A DNA stretch of 63,951 bases, filler included, from Octopus bimaculoides (lineage: Eukaryota), in assembly GCF_001194135.2 (NCBI RefSeq). It is 5 parts of 5 records of this genome, joined end to end, with 100 filler letters (N's around TTAATTAATTAA, not from the genome) between each part and the next. Parts side by side here need not be neighbours in the genome. Positions count along the whole stretch, not along the records: positions 1 to 19,377 come from NC_068989.1; 4 more parts are not named here. One strand, given 5' to 3'. The notes beneath the pieces were generated by a model, which saw only the letters and a list, made by a program, of their open reading frames with translations, had not been told where the DNA came from and did not search any database. The first letter of the stretch is position 1, and each line of letters starts with the position of its first letter. The position numbers were made by a program, and so were the translations under genes. This document shows positions 1 through 12,834 of the stretch, piece after piece.

Positions 1-74
<74 letters not shown>

Positions 75-75
75 T
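1..75. repeat. (TG)n microsatellite
   Basis: Perfect TG run at the window start. Confidence 0.98.
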
Positions 76-193
76 AGAAGCTGAGGTTTCTTGAATCACT
101 TCACGTTACAATTATTCCGATGATTCAGGCAAAAACGCAACGTAACAATATATGGGCAAAAAAACGCTTGTAAACACACCGAAATATAGATAT

Positions 194-746
194 TCATTGG
201 GATTCTATTACCTGGCAAAAAGCATTACATTTAATCTTAATATGTACGATATATATTTATATATTTATCTCTTCACAATACCATCGAATGACAATTTCCG
301 TTTAGATAAATAAAATCATGGCCTTCTTCAGGATGTGAAAAATCCTGAAAGATTGTCATATAATGGAAATGATGTTTATTTCAAGTTGCTAATGAATATT
401 TTTGCTTACATATTGCCATGCTGTTTTCCTATGTCAACTGTTGGAATAGTCGGCAATATGAAAGTCATAGTTGCAATCCAAAAATGTTTACATTTGCACA
501 AAACATATATACTCTAGGCATTACATACTTTTTTCTTCGTATACATATGAGCGTGTGTGCGTGCGTGCGTCCGAGTTAGTGGCTTTATTTATGTTTTCTT
601 CAAAATAAAATACATTTCTAAATGCACGTGTATCCATTTTGTTATTTCTTTTCCCAGTTTTAATTTGCTATGTTTTAAATGTCGCCCACTTGTAGCTCCT
701 CACCCTTGAGGAATTCGGTGACAGCAGTATTGTTGCACATAAATCC
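194..746 (-). CDS. Candidate chain of small terminal exons of an unidentified host gene (746-704, 428-410, 344-282, 211-194)
   Basis: Minus-strand splice signals: acceptors ttttgtag (747), atctttcag (345), tttttgccag (212); donors GTGAG (703), GTAAGC (409), GTATTG (281). One phase-compatible path reads IYVQQYCCHRIPQG-KTAWQY-DFSHPEEGHDFIYLNGNCHSM-VIESQ*. The acceptor at 429 is weak and no homology is recognised. Confidence 0.3.
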
Positions 747-841
747 CCTACAAAAATTGCCTGTCTATGGGCGCCATCCGTCTCCTTATTGGATCATGAG
801 CTCTTATTATTAGATAGAATTATGGAGTTAATTATGGAGCT

Positions 842-849
842 CTCTCTCA

Positions 850-916
<67 letters not shown>
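842..916. repeat. (CT)n(AT)n microsatellite running into a gap
   Basis: Direct reading. Confidence 0.95.
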
Positions 917-1289
917 NNNNNNNNNNNNNNNNNNNNNNNNNNNNNNNNNNNNNNNNNNNNNNNNNNNNNNNNNNNNNNNNNNNNNNNNNNNNNNNNNNNN
1001 NNNNNNNNNNNNNNNNNNNNNNNNNNNNNNNNNNNNNNNNNNNNNNNNNNNNNNNNNNNNNNNNNNNNNNNNNNNNNNNNNNNNNNNNNNNNNNNNNNNN
1101 NNNNNNNNNNNNNNNNNNNNNNNNNNNNNNNNNNNNNNNNNNNNNNNNNNNNNNNNNNNNNNNNNNNNNNNNNNNNNNNNNNNNNNNNNNNNNNNNNNNN
1201 NNNNNNNNNNNNNNNNNNNNNNNNNNNNNNNNNNNNNNNNNNNNNNNNNNNNNNNNNNNNNNNNNTTTTTTTTTTTTTTTTTTTTTGGT

Positions 1290-2200
1290 GGGGAGGCAGC
1301 AGTGATAGTAACGTCACCATTATGCAGCAACATTCAGAAGGAATGTTTTCCCAGTTCCAACAGGTGCGTCTAAGAAGCTGATTCCGCCAGTGTGTGTGTA
1401 GATGTTTCCGAGGACGAAATTGTATACGTCTGCTTGATTGGAATTCAGAAGGGGCTCGTTTTCAGCAATGTACTGTTTGAGTCTGTGGATGTTATAGGAT
1501 GTTTCTCTGAGAATGAGGCGATTGGGACAGGCGTCTTCATTTCTGTCTGGAGTGTTGAGAGAATAAGCGTCCAATCGCTGACGTCCAATTGCTATAACTA
1601 AGTCTTCCAAGAGAAGAAGCCTTCCATTGTAAATGGCTGGGCTAGTGGGACTGTCAACGCTTCCTGTGATTTGGCGAGTCTGCAAAATGTCATGGCACAT
1701 TGAGTCTTAGTATTTATTCCAAAGTGAATGTGCGTCTGTCAGGTTGCAGAAAACCCGCATTATTGCGAAAAGGTGTCGGAGCTTGTGCGGAGAAAGACAC
1801 AGAGAGGCCTCTCCAAGTGCATTATCATATTGATTATCTGTATCCGTTTGGAGCAAGTATCTTTGAAATTGCCACATAAGTGGCCGTCCATTGTGCGAAG
1901 GTCGTCGAAGGAGGTTGGTCATTTAATGACATGAAGTAATAACTGTAGATGGAAGAATTCGGAATTCAGGGTGTTAACTGAATAGACGCGTCTGATTGTG
2001 TCGCCTTTGTACACGGCTGGATGCAGTTGTGTAGGCCGGCCTTGTTTTCGTCGGTGAATTCTACATTGATGAGTGCATGAAATATTTTTCAGAGCATCAT
2101 GTTGTAGGGTACGACCCACCGATTGTCAAGCAAAGATTCTTGGTTATGACCTTTTGATGGTTGCTGTGTAAGGGAGACAATCAATTTCTGACTGGTACTT
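1290..2200 (-). mobile_element. Helitron Rep/helicase fragment (frameshifted)
   Basis: Minus ORFs give RRVYSVN..EFFHLQLLLHVIK, QYDNALGEA..SPHKLRHLFA..SLWNKY and FLDAPVGTGKTFLLN (PIF1-like Walker A), in the order typical of Helitron RepHel. Confidence 0.92.
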
Positions 2201-3319
2201 CGCAAAGTACAGACTTTCTAACCCTAGAAGGTCTGTACTTCTGACTCCATACTATTCCATAAGTGAAGAATTTAAATAGTGTAGAGCCATCTTTGAAACA
2301 TAAGTGATGTGTTTGCCAAGCTTGAACGAAATCGGAAGAAAAATATTGATTTTACGTGGGATCAAGTAATGGTCGGTCACATATATATATATGCGCGCAC
2401 ACACACACACACATACGTCTTCTGTCTTATATATTATAGATATATACATGCAGAAGGACCCGATTTCACTCGGGTTTATAAACTCATAGCCTTAACACAG
2501 ATAGGTAAATAGATAGATACATAGGTAGATAGACAGACAGACAGATATAGCGGCACAACTACAGATGTGTACCTCACCTGAATTTGTTGCCACATAAATT
2601 CCAGAAAAATGTATACTTTTAAACNNNNNNNNNNNNNNNNNNNNNNNNNNNNNNNNNNNNNNNNNNNNNNNNNNNNNNNNNNNNNNNNNNNNNNNNNNNN
2701 NNNNNNNNNNNNNNNNNNNNNNNNNNNNNNNNNNNNNNNNNNNNNNNNNNNNNNNNNNNNNNNNNNNNNNNNNNNNNNNNNNNNNNNNNNNNNNNNNNNN
2801 NNNNNNNNNNNNNNNNNNNNNNNNNNNNNNNNNNNNNNNNNNNNNNNNNNNNNNNNNNNNNNNNNNNNNNNNNNNNNNNNNNNNNNNNNNNNNNNNNNNN
2901 NNNNNNNNNNNNNNNNNNNNNNNNNNNNNNNNNNNNNNNNNNNNNNNNNNNNNNNNNNNNNNNNNNNNNNNNNNNNNNNNNNNNNNNNNNNNNNNNNNNN
3001 NNNNNNNNNNNNNNNNNNNNNNNNNNNNNNNNNNNNNNNNNNNNNNNNNNGGCAGGAGCCTTTTCGGTGAAAAATATTCTTAAAATTGTTATTATTTTCA
3101 GAGGAAAAAATGAGTGATTTAAGGGAGACTTAGCTGTCGTTTCTAGCACACCCTAAGACAACCCTCCTCGTTTCTTTCTCACTGTCGAATGTATTGAAAT
3201 TTTTCAATATGTTTCTCCCCATAAATACATTTATATGCTATAAAATAAATGTGAAAAATTATGATTATTTTGAAACCTCACTCTCTGCCCCCGATTGTTT
3301 CTGTTTCTAATTTAAAACA

Positions 3320-4765
3320 TTGGAGAGCCTGATAAGGTCCTTTTGTCACATATTTCAACTGCTAAAGGCAAATACACTGCAGTTACCGTGGAGAAAAATC
3401 TCTCTTATGGTAAAAAGGTGTGAAAACACCCAGCTTGTTCAGTGTCGCCATCTCTCAGGAATCTCAAACATCGATGGTTCGAGTTTTTTTTACTCTTGTC
3501 AAGAGATGTACTTAGGAGAGGCAACTCTGAACGAACTTGATAAAGGCTACGTTCCATCTGGAACACACAAGACTACAAAAGTCATCAGTGCCTACGCGCA
3601 TTAATATTTTGCCTTTGAAAACTGTTGAAAAGCAGACTGAGCTCTCTATCAAGTTGGACACTGCGCTCAACACTGTCGATATCAAGGATGACACAGAATT
3701 ATCTTGGAAGGTTATGCGTGATGCAATCCACTCTGCATCTGTAGAGGTTCTTGGACTTCCTGTTTGTAGATATCAAGATTGGTTCAACGATAACAACACA
3801 GATGTCCAACAGTTGATAGATAAAATGCACAGCTCTCAGAGAACTTGGATAAATGATAAGAGCTCATCCAGAAAAAAGAATGCCTACAAGAAATGCAGAG
3901 GCCAGGTCCAACATTCTCGGAGACAGATGAAGGAGGCTTGGTGGTCTTTCAAGGCTACTGAACTCCAAGAAACTACAGACAGAAAGGATTCTAAAGCCTT
4001 TTATGATGGCCTCAAGAAAGTGTATGGTCCTCAAGAGCACAGTGTTACTCCTATATTTTTCATCGAATAGAGAGACACTCCTGACAAATCTGACATCTTG
4101 AAATGATGGAAAGATCGCCTTGAAGCCGTGTTGAACTCCACCTCAGTCACTATTGACGACGTCATAATGTCTACTCCACAGCACACAGTAATAGCGGAAC
4201 TGTCTCTGGAGTCAACTTTTCTGGAAGTGGTAAATTCTATTAAACAGATCTCCTCTAGTAAAGCACCTGGCAGGGATGCTACCCCTTCTGAAATTTACAA
4301 ACATGGTGGACAGAAGCGTTTTAAGGAACTGCATGACCTCTTCATAAACATCTGAAAGGTAGGCCATGTACAACAGGATTCAAGAATGCCTCAATTCAAC
4401 ATCTGTGTAAGGCAAAAAGCAACAGAAGTGTCTGTGATAATCATCGTAGAATATCGCTTTTGTCTATTGCTGATTAGATTGTTGCTCGACTCATTCTTGA
4501 CAGGATCATCAAAGACGTTGTAAATGATATCTATCCAGAATCACAGTGCGGGTTTCGCTCTGGTCGTGGCACTATCGACATGATCTTCTCCCTCCGACAG
4601 GTCATGGAGAAGACACGTGCGAAAAATCAAGAGTTGTTCTTGATATTCGTTGACCATACTAAGACCTTCGACACTATTAACCAGCAAGCACTATGGAAAG
4701 TTCTGAAAAAGCTTGGTATACCTGACAAGATGTTGAATGGTATCATCTCCTTCATCCAAATGAAC
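3320..4765 (+). mobile_element. RTE-clade LINE, degenerate endonuclease plus RT N-half
   Basis: ISAYA(P) endonuclease motif, QDWFNDNN, KAPGRDATPSEIYKHGG, YPESQCGFRSGRGTIDMIFSLRQVMEK..FVDHTKTFDTIN; multiple stops and frameshifts. Confidence 0.93.
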
Positions 4766-5469
4766 TGAGACAACGTTGACTTTAGTATTCTGTCCAGCAA
4801 TCTGGAGAAAATTTTGTTTTGAACTCATAACCTGACTTAATTGTATGGTTTATATATTCACCCATCCTAAATCATTTTGTTAAGGAATATGTATAGAGTG
4901 AAACACAGGAAAAAATAAATGGGATATCTGTAACGTTTGGGTAGGGAAGGCTACTGTTTTTCGATGAACATCAGCAATGAGAACTTTGTGGAATACACAC
5001 TGTGGAGAACTAAAGCTGATTCGAGTATGCATTATAAAAGGTAAATTAATCTTATTAAATACCATTATTCAACACAGTTCGCTAATTCTTATATCCTTTC
5101 AGATCACTTCCTCGAATAATCTTTATAGATAATCTTTTGAAATCTATCCCATTTTTTACTCGTGAAAGCTGCTATTAGTGTGGCATCTTCCATTAATTAT
5201 TATCCTCTGTTGTGTTTGTTTGGTCTCTATACATTTAATAACGCATTGATTTTATTAACAGTGATTTATTTATGGTACATTATATTTTGTTTCATACATT
5301 GTGCACTATACACATACATACATATATAGAGTGGGGAGCGATACAGAAGAGCACAATTAGACTTGACGTATACATATATACATATACATGTGTGTGTGCG
5401 CGCACGTGTGTGTGTTTATATACAGCTACACATAGACTCATATACCTACTGGTATTCAGAGAAATAAGC

Positions 5470-5613
<144 letters not shown>

Positions 5614-5788
5614 AACACGATTTATTCGTGATGAGAGTTGTTCGAAAACCGAGATGCTACTGTATTAAATGAATATGAGAAAGACGGGAGATAAAGTTCG
5701 ATTTATGCGTGATCAGAGTTGTTCGAAAACCAAGGTTCTACTGTATATATTTACATGGAGCATAAAAAATATAGAATACTACAAAGAG

Positions 5789-6000
5789 AATACATAATTT
5801 CTTAACTCGACAGCTGTTTCAGGACCACCAGTGGTGCTCCTTTTCACTAAATTGGCCTCATCATTACCTTCCCCTTTTTGACTGTTTACTGGTTGCATAC
5901 CCAAGTCTTTTGCACATTTCATCTGAAAATTATGAATATCACGATTATTACACAAATCCGAATTTCCTGAAACAGCTGTCGAGTTAAGAAATTATATATT
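5789..6000. repeat. 36-bp inverted repeat (5789-5824 / 5965-6000); each arm resembles the 3' half of a hammerhead
   Basis: aatacataatttcttaactcgacagctgtttcagga versus its reverse complement with 1 mismatch; each arm contains GAAA-CAGCTG-TC-GAGTT. Confidence 0.85.
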
Positions 6001-6060
6001 CTCTTCTGAGTATCTTCTATTTTTTGTTCCTTATAGAAATATGTTTGTATGTATGTATAA

Positions 6061-6108
<48 letters not shown>

Positions 6109-6187
6109 ATGTATGTGTGTATGTATATGTTTATTTTTGAAATCATGTAGTTATATGTGTCTGTATGAAGTTGCATAATACATACAT

Positions 6188-6224
<37 letters not shown>

Positions 6225-6227
<3 letters not shown>

Positions 6228-6425
6228 GAGAATTTACGAAAAAAACAACAGACGAAGACAGGTGGTGTAAACAATAAATGGATGTATTAGTTTAACGCTC
6301 AGGAATAGAGAAAGTCTTTGATGTTTCGAGCTACGCTCTTCAACTGAAAGGAACACAGAAAGAAATAAGGAGAGAAACAAGGAGAAAAAATATATAAATG
6401 TAGTGGTCAGCGATCTACGAAAGAA
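6225..6425 (-). mobile_element. ~200-bp Penelope-LTR-like repeat with a degenerate hammerhead motif, abutting (TA)n
   Basis: Homologous to 21830-22160, 25298-25372, 34655-34790 and 53815-54000. Minus strand reads CAGTTGA-A-GAGC-GTA-GCTC-GAAACATC. Confidence 0.7.
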
Positions 6426-6624
6426 AAAGGCGCTCAAGACATTTACTAGGAGTTACATGCAATAATATTTAAACCAGTCTGATTCGGGTTTATGCAACTT
6501 AAAGTTTCGCGAGCTCCCAGCAAAAACCTGTCTCGTTCATGCTTGAATTACCGAAAGAGACACAGGTAATCCAATATGGCTATTGGAAAGTGGGCTGCTA
6601 TTAGTCCAGGTGAGTCACATGGTA

Positions 6625-6905
6625 TTGTCAGAATAAGATCAGCGATTCAGCAACAGCTGTTCCATTAGAAAAGGGAGTTTCTAACGGGGTGAGAATGGAA
6701 GACCCGGATGAGGATGAGTACAAGTACCTTAGGATCCTGGAGCTGGACAATACCTTGCACAAACAAATGAAAGACAAGGTCATCACTCCATATCTGGAGC
6801 GCCTCAAACTTCTCTTGAAATCAAAACTCAACTCAAGGAACCTTGTGACTATCATCAACATATGGACTGTTGCTGTAGTTCGTTATAATGCACCCATCCT
6901 GAAAT
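6625..6905 (+). mobile_element. R4/Dong-type non-LTR RT C-terminal fragment
   Basis: EDEYKYLRILELDNTLHKQMKDKV..YLERLKLLLKSKLNSRNLVTIINIWTVAVVRY matches the post-YxDD region of R4-clade RTs. Confidence 0.8.
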
Positions 6906-7039
6906 TAGACACAAGTGGAGATCAACCAACTCGATTGCACTACCTAAAAGACAATGACAGTGCATGTCTAACGTTATCATTTATAGTGTTTTTAGTATCA
7001 ACTGATGGTCTACCTTCATAGGGTTCTGTGTACCTAGTT

Positions 7040-7660
7040 TGCTGGTTTGAGTTAGTGATTTCAGAGCATTTTTGCGTGTGAGTATAAGTGAGTGTGTGTT
7101 ATACTGAGCTGACTTTTGACTGATCTAACTATTTTACCAATTTTGCTGTCAGTTAGTCTTCTATTTTTTAGGATATCACGTCTCACAGCTCCTAGTTTAT
7201 TACTGTCCATCTGTCCATGTACAGCTTGCTATGCGGGGTTTTGCACCTCCAGATATTGTAGGTCTTTTTTTTTTGCGTGTGGCTGATGTTTCTGGGTTTA
7301 GTGTTGAATAATAATAAGCATGCATAACCTTGATATATTCCTCTTTAATCCATTTCTGTCTTGTATTTCTGTTTCTTTGAGATAGGTTTGGTAGTTGATC
7401 CTGAGCGTCAGTTCCGGGAATATCCCTGGTTTAACTTGCTACAGGTTCTTGACGAAGTTGGTCCTGATTTAAAGACTTTTCGAGCTCAGTGTCAGAACCT
7501 AAGGTCACTAACGAACCCGTTCTCTGAACGATACGGGTTCTAGGAGGTATTTCCATGGTCGGTATCCAAGGCCGTGCTATAAGCACATGGGGTTAACCAG
7601 TTGTCTGGGTCCTTGGGTAAGGTTCAGAGGTCCCAGGCATCATCATTTTCCAGGGGAGGG
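7040..7660 (-). mobile_element. R4/Dong-type element 5' region (ORF N-terminus)
   Basis: Minus translation RQKWIKEEYIKVMHAYYYS...NKLGAVRRDILKNRRLTDSKI resembles the conserved R4/Dong N-terminal block. Confidence 0.65.
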
Positions 7661-7927
7661 ATTTATTTTATGAAGTTTTAAATTAGTTCATGTCATGACC
7701 TGCCAAAGAGAGGCAGATATTGAATTGACAGCCAGAGGGAGACAGTGACAGGGAGACGAAAGACAGAACTATCATACAGTCTCCAACTAGCATTAGCTCC
7801 GAGCTATTTCCATTAGGATGGTGATGGCGTTGGCGGCGGCGGTGGTAGAAGTGGTAATGGGATTGTATATGTTCTGTCAGCAGGATGTAAACGCTGTCGC
7901 ATGTGCGTTTGTCCCCAGTCAAATCAC

Positions 7928-7929
<2 letters not shown>

Positions 7930-7988
<59 letters not shown>

Positions 7989-8029
7989 CAACAGCAGCAG
8001 CAGCAGTAGTAGTAATAGTAGTAGTAGTG
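7930..8029. repeat. (TAG)n/(CAG)n microsatellite
   Basis: Direct reading. Confidence 0.95.
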
Positions 8030-8109
8030 TGATCAGGAAGTAAGAGAAGCGTCACACCCTTGCGGTCAGCAAAGGTCAAATGTGTATACTACTATTATTA
8101 TTATTGTTA

Positions 8110-8560
8110 TTTCTTTTAATCACAGGTTTTGTTGGAGCTCCTGGAGTCTTGCCTGTGTAGCGGGCTGGCTGCCTGCAGCCTACGGTACCATGCTATCTGT
8201 TCTTTTCAACTATCTAATACTTTCCCGATTATTCTGGTCGTGCCAAAGATGCAAACCTTTTGTAACCGCTCTACTGGACACTCTCTTCCGATCTCTTTTA
8301 TATTCCTCTTGATGCCTTCTGATACCGTCCCCAAAGACCCAACAACAATTGGCACTTCTTCACCTTCTTCGTTTCCCATAGCCGGGTTATTCCGTACTTA
8401 AGAGGAATGTATATATCTTTTTTTTCTTTTTTGCCTTCCCTCTTGACTATTCGTGGGTCAATGGGGTACGCAACATCAATTATATAGTGATCAATTATAT
8501 ATGTGATGATATATAACATCAATTATATATGTGATGCACCTTGTCACCCAATGTTTTTCC
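8110..8560 (-). mobile_element. R4/Dong-type 3' end (restriction-like endonuclease domain plus 3' UTR) ending at (TAA)n
   Basis: IIDVAYPIDPRIVKREGKK..IPLKYGITRLWETKKV..GTV..LQKVCIFGTTRIIGKVL (PD-(D/E)xK RLE); 3' end abuts the att repeat at 8094-8110. Confidence 0.85.
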
Positions 8561-8754
8561 ATGGTTCTATTGTCCCACATGCATCAATTTCGTATATAAA
8601 TTTTACAGGTAAACAATGTACTTTTCTGGAAAATGGGAAAATTTGTGAAAACTGAGTGGTGAAGATCTAGACGTGAAGGTAAAAATTGGATTCCAGTTTT
8701 GGATAGGACGTATGAAAAAACAAATCAATTAAAAACGGCCTAACAACAAAATAC

Positions 8755-8873
8755 CTGTTGGATTGTGTAATAGAAGAGCCCATGGTGCTGTGCAGCGGAA
8801 TTAAATCCGAAGCCACTTGGTGGCGAAACGATATACATAGGATGGAGAAGTGGAAGAACCAGTACAGAGCCAT
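8755..8873 (-). CDS. Candidate first coding exon with a signal-peptide-like N-terminus
   Basis: ATG at 8873 gives MALYWFFHFSILCISFRHQVASDLIPLHSTMGSSITQSN, followed by donor CAG|GTATTT at 8754. Unique, non-repeat sequence. Confidence 0.4.
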
Positions 8874-9039
8874 GCTAAATGTTTGTAATCCTTTGTTACG
8901 TTCCTTTCTGTTTGTATTTAAATCAGTATTGAATACTTGTACAGAACGAAATGGAGTTCCGAAGTTGGTTCCATTGACGATAATTCCCTCTACAATAATC
9001 TTTTCTACTATAGGTACAAGGCCTGAGATTTTAGTGAAA

Positions 9040-9432
9040 GGGACTAGTCGATTATATCGACGCCAGTGTTTCATTGGTACTTCATTTATCGACCCCAAAA
9101 TGATGAAAGGCAAAGTTGACATCGGCGGAATTTGAACTCGGAACGTAGCAACAGACGAGATGCCGCTAAGCACTTCGCCCGGCGTGCTAGCGATTCTGCC
9201 AGCTCGTCGCCTTATTTCCTTCTACTAGAAGCACAATGCCTCAAATTTGAGGGAAGGGATTAAGTCGATTACGTCGACCCTAGTGCGTAACTGGTACTTG
9301 TTTAATCGACTCCGAAAGGATGAAAAGCTAAGTCAACCCCGGCGGAATTTGAACTCAGAACGTAGCAACAGACGAGATGCCGCTAAGCACTTCGCCCGGC
9401 GTGCTAGCGATTCTGCCAGCTCGCTGCCTTAT
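9040..9432 (-). mobile_element. Two tandem copies of a tRNA-derived SINE (family C, ggcggcgagctggcagaatcg... head)
   Basis: Matches the + strand copies at 16330, 30718 and 40118; central gcctttcatcctttcggggtcgataaa-like block. Octopus OK/OR-type SINE; exact family name not assigned. Confidence 0.9.
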
Positions 9433-9538
9433 TTCCCGCTCTACACAAATGAAAACATTTCATCTTAAGTTCGAAGTACTAATGTCTTTTGGAAAGATAT
9501 AAATGCCATCTTTTATAATTTCTGCTATATAGGTAGCG

Positions 9539-9922
9539 TGGAGACGCAATGGCCCAGTGGTTAGGGCAGCGGACTCGCGATCATAGGATCACGGTTTCGA
9601 TTCCCAGACCGGGCGTTGTGAGTGTTTATTGAGCGAAAACATCTAAAGCTCCACGAGGCTCCGGCAGGGGATGGTGGCGAACCCTGCTGTACTCTTTCAC
9701 CACAACTTTCTCTCACTCTTACTCCCTGTTTCTGTTGTGCCTGTAATTCAAAGGGTCAGCCTTGTCACACTCTGTGTCACGCTGAATCTTCCCGAGAACT
9801 ACGTTAAGGGTACACGTGTCTGTGGAGTGCTCAGCCACTTGCACGTTAATTTCACGAGCAGGCTGTTTCGTTGATCGGATCAACTGGAACCCTCGTCGTG
9901 GTAAGCGACGGAGTGCCAACAA
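9539..9922 (+). mobile_element. Full-length tRNA-derived SINE (family A)
   Basis: tRNA-like head with A box (tggcccagtgg) and B box (ggtttcgattccc); near-identical inverted copy at 15414-15792. Confidence 0.92.
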
Positions 9923-10334
9923 CAAATATAAATAGCAAGCTTTGATTACAGTTAAAAGAAAAAAAAATCCATAGAGTTCAAGTGGCTATTAGTATAGAGT
10001 CAGATGTAGTAAATACGGAGAACTCTGCAGCCTAGTTTCGATTCCCAATAGAAAGCGTTTTATTTCACTCACGTCATTAATGCCCTCAGAAAATGACTTA
10101 CCTGTTTACCTAAGTCTATCAATTTAGGGACTGCGTTATGTTAAACAGAGAATAAAACAAAACAAGAAAATAAATCGATATCTATATCAATCGTTAAACC
10201 TTGCATTAACATCTGTCACCCTGCTTCAATAATTACTTTTGCATCAATCGATCAATGTGTTTATCTTCACATTCATGTATCATGTTGTCCACCCATTGTC
10301 ACGAACGTAATGATTTCCGATAGGACTTAAGTAA

Positions 10335-10553
10335 TATAGATGTGTCTTTGTATGTATGTTTGTATGCATGCATGCATGCATGCATATATGTATATATATA
10401 TGTGCATGAGTGTGCATGCGTATATGTATGTTTGTATAAGTGTATGTGTATGCATATGTATACATATATATATATGTATGTATGTATGTATATATTAATG
10501 TATGTATGCATGTACGTATGTCTCTATGCGTGTATGCTTCAGTGAATGCTTGT

Positions 10554-10594
<41 letters not shown>

Positions 10595-10605
10595 TATATG
10601 TATGT
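10335..10605. repeat. Degenerate (TATG)/(TG) microsatellite
   Basis: Direct reading. Confidence 0.9.
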
Positions 10606-11069
10606 CCAAGGTATGACTATAGCATCCGTTATTGGAACTCTGGCTCTGGAATTTCAGGGTTTTGAGAAATGTGAGAGCATCTCTTAGCCACTATTTTTCC
10701 CGGCTCTAATCTGACTCAGAGTAGTAGCACTCATCAGGGGTCATAGCTATGGGTTGACTAGCACATGTGACAATTCATCTGAGCATGAGGACGCAGAAAT
10801 ACCCTTGGTTGGCTGGTTGGTTGGTTGGTTGGCTGGCTGGTATCAGGTGACACAGTAGAACCGCTATAAGTGAGGGACCTATTGCCGTTATCACAGCATC
10901 CTTCCAGTAGAGGGACATTCTGATGTAAAACCTGCGGTTTCACGTGATTACAGGTCATCTCGTTCTGCATGTCACTAGGCGCTAACTAGGATGACTCAGA
11001 AAGTGATTCTCGTGTTATACAATCATTTATAAACATAATCTAACGACATACAGATGTCTCTTTATGGTG

Positions 11070-11870
11070 ACCTCACCTGTCATCCCATCTACTGAAAGTC
11101 CATTGGAATAGAAGAGTTGCGATGAATGCAGATCTAACCAGCTGGAGAATGTCTTTGTCCTCATTCCTTTCGACCACGTCCACCAGACGACCTCTTTCAC
11201 CACAGCAAAGGAAAACTGCCTTGCCTGCCCGATTAAAGGAGGGCAGTGGGGCAGCCATCACTACTGACTCAGCCGACAGACGGATCCGTTCCACATGTGA
11301 CGGCAGCTGTTCGACATAACTCCACAAGTCAGCAATGTCCGGACACTGAACGAGGGCGTACAGAACGGCTTCGTCGCTTTGCGCGCACCTCCCACAAGCC
11401 CGTCTGACAGCACATCCATGCCTGTAGAATTAATCTCGAACCGGTAGTGCCTCCACCCCAACCCCGGTAGCACTGCCAGGCCAAAGACATCTGGAAACTA
11501 TCCATAGTAGTCCTTGACCGAAAGTCCTCCGGAACAAACTAGCTAGCTCATTTTCATCGACGCCTAGGTTCTTCACGAGAACATCGTCGCATTTCTCTGC
11601 TACTAATTCTTTATATATAGTTAAAGTGGATCTTATTACTCGACTGGTAGAAGACAGTAAGCGCCTGATTCAAGGTGCCAGGCGCCCAGTCTCGGTTTAT
11701 CTTTCACCCAGGACTGCGGCTCTGTCAAAGAGATGAGCTGCAGAAAGAAGTGTCTCATGAACGGAGCCTACACACGTTCACCGTCCAGAAATCGTTGCAG
11801 GGGGCGCAACTTGAATCCGTTTCTGCACATCAAAAGCCATGGCATACCTAAGCCGCCACACAGAGGGAGC
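11070..11870 (-). mobile_element. L1/Tx1-type ORF2 C-terminal fragment
   Basis: LAWQCYRG..LPVRD..ACGRCAQSDEAVLYALVQCPDIADLWSYVEQL resembles the C-terminal zinc-knuckle region of Tx1/L1 ORF2. Confidence 0.65.
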
Positions 11871-12078
11871 TGATAATCAAGTAGTAACTGGGGCAAGGCA
11901 CGATGGTCAGGTGATAAATTATACAGATGTGTAGTCGATTAAATCAAGCCCAATCAGTAATGAAGTGGTAATTATTTTAATCAACGTTGAATTGATGACA
12001 ATCGCAGTCACCAGTAACAAAAGAGTACATGGTGTTTCGTCCAATATACAATTGTTCATGTCATGATATTACATAACA

Positions 12079-12242
12079 GGCGTAGGAGTGGCTGTGCGGT
12101 AAGTAGCTTGCTTACGAACCACATGGTTCCGGGTTCAGTCCCACTACGTGGCACCTTGGGCAAGTGTCTTCTATTATAGCCTCGGGCCGACCAAAGCCTT
12201 GTGAGTGGATTTGGTAGACGGAAACTGAAAGAAGCCCGTCGT

Positions 12243-12274
<32 letters not shown>

Positions 12275-12550
12275 NNNNNNNNNNNNNNNNNNNNNNNNNN
12301 NNNNNNNNNNNNNNNNNNNNNNNNNNNNNNNNNNNNNNNNNNNNNNNNNNNNNNNNNNNNNNNNNNNNNNNNNNNNNNNNNNNCTGGTGTGTTTACGTCC
12401 CCGTAACTTAGCGGTTCGGCAAAAGAGACCAATAGAATAAGTACTAGGCTTACAAAGAATAAGTCCTGGGGTCGATTTGCTCGACTAAAGGCGGTGCTCC
12501 AGCATGGCCACAGTCAAATTACTTCAAACAAGTAGAAGAGTAAAAGAGTA
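12079..12550 (+). mobile_element. tRNA-derived SINE (family B, ggcgtaggagtggctgtg... head), internal microsatellite in a gap
   Basis: A/B boxes, ggcaccttgggcaagtgtcttct core, aaaagagt tail; at least 10 related copies in the window. Confidence 0.92.
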
Positions 12551-12834
12551 ACATAATAATATTCTTTCTTAAATGGGGGTGACAGATTTCTGTACAGAGA
12601 CAGATAATTCCTTACGATAGGTTTTCAGAAAAATAATTGAGAAAGTGGGGAAACTAAATCGTCAGTGCCTGATATAAGAGGAAACTGTACATGAAATTTC
12701 TCTTTTTTTTTCTCCTTTTTTTTTTGCCTGTTAATGGGGGCACTGAATGTCTGACAACACATGATCATATTGCTTTATAAAATCATAATTCCTCAATTAT
12801 CTGCGAACATTTCATATTCATTAGCAGTATCATC

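Noticed and set aside
9539-9612. SINE heads as functional tRNA genes
   Set aside because: The tRNA-like heads continue directly into SINE bodies and lack a complete acceptor stem and terminator.
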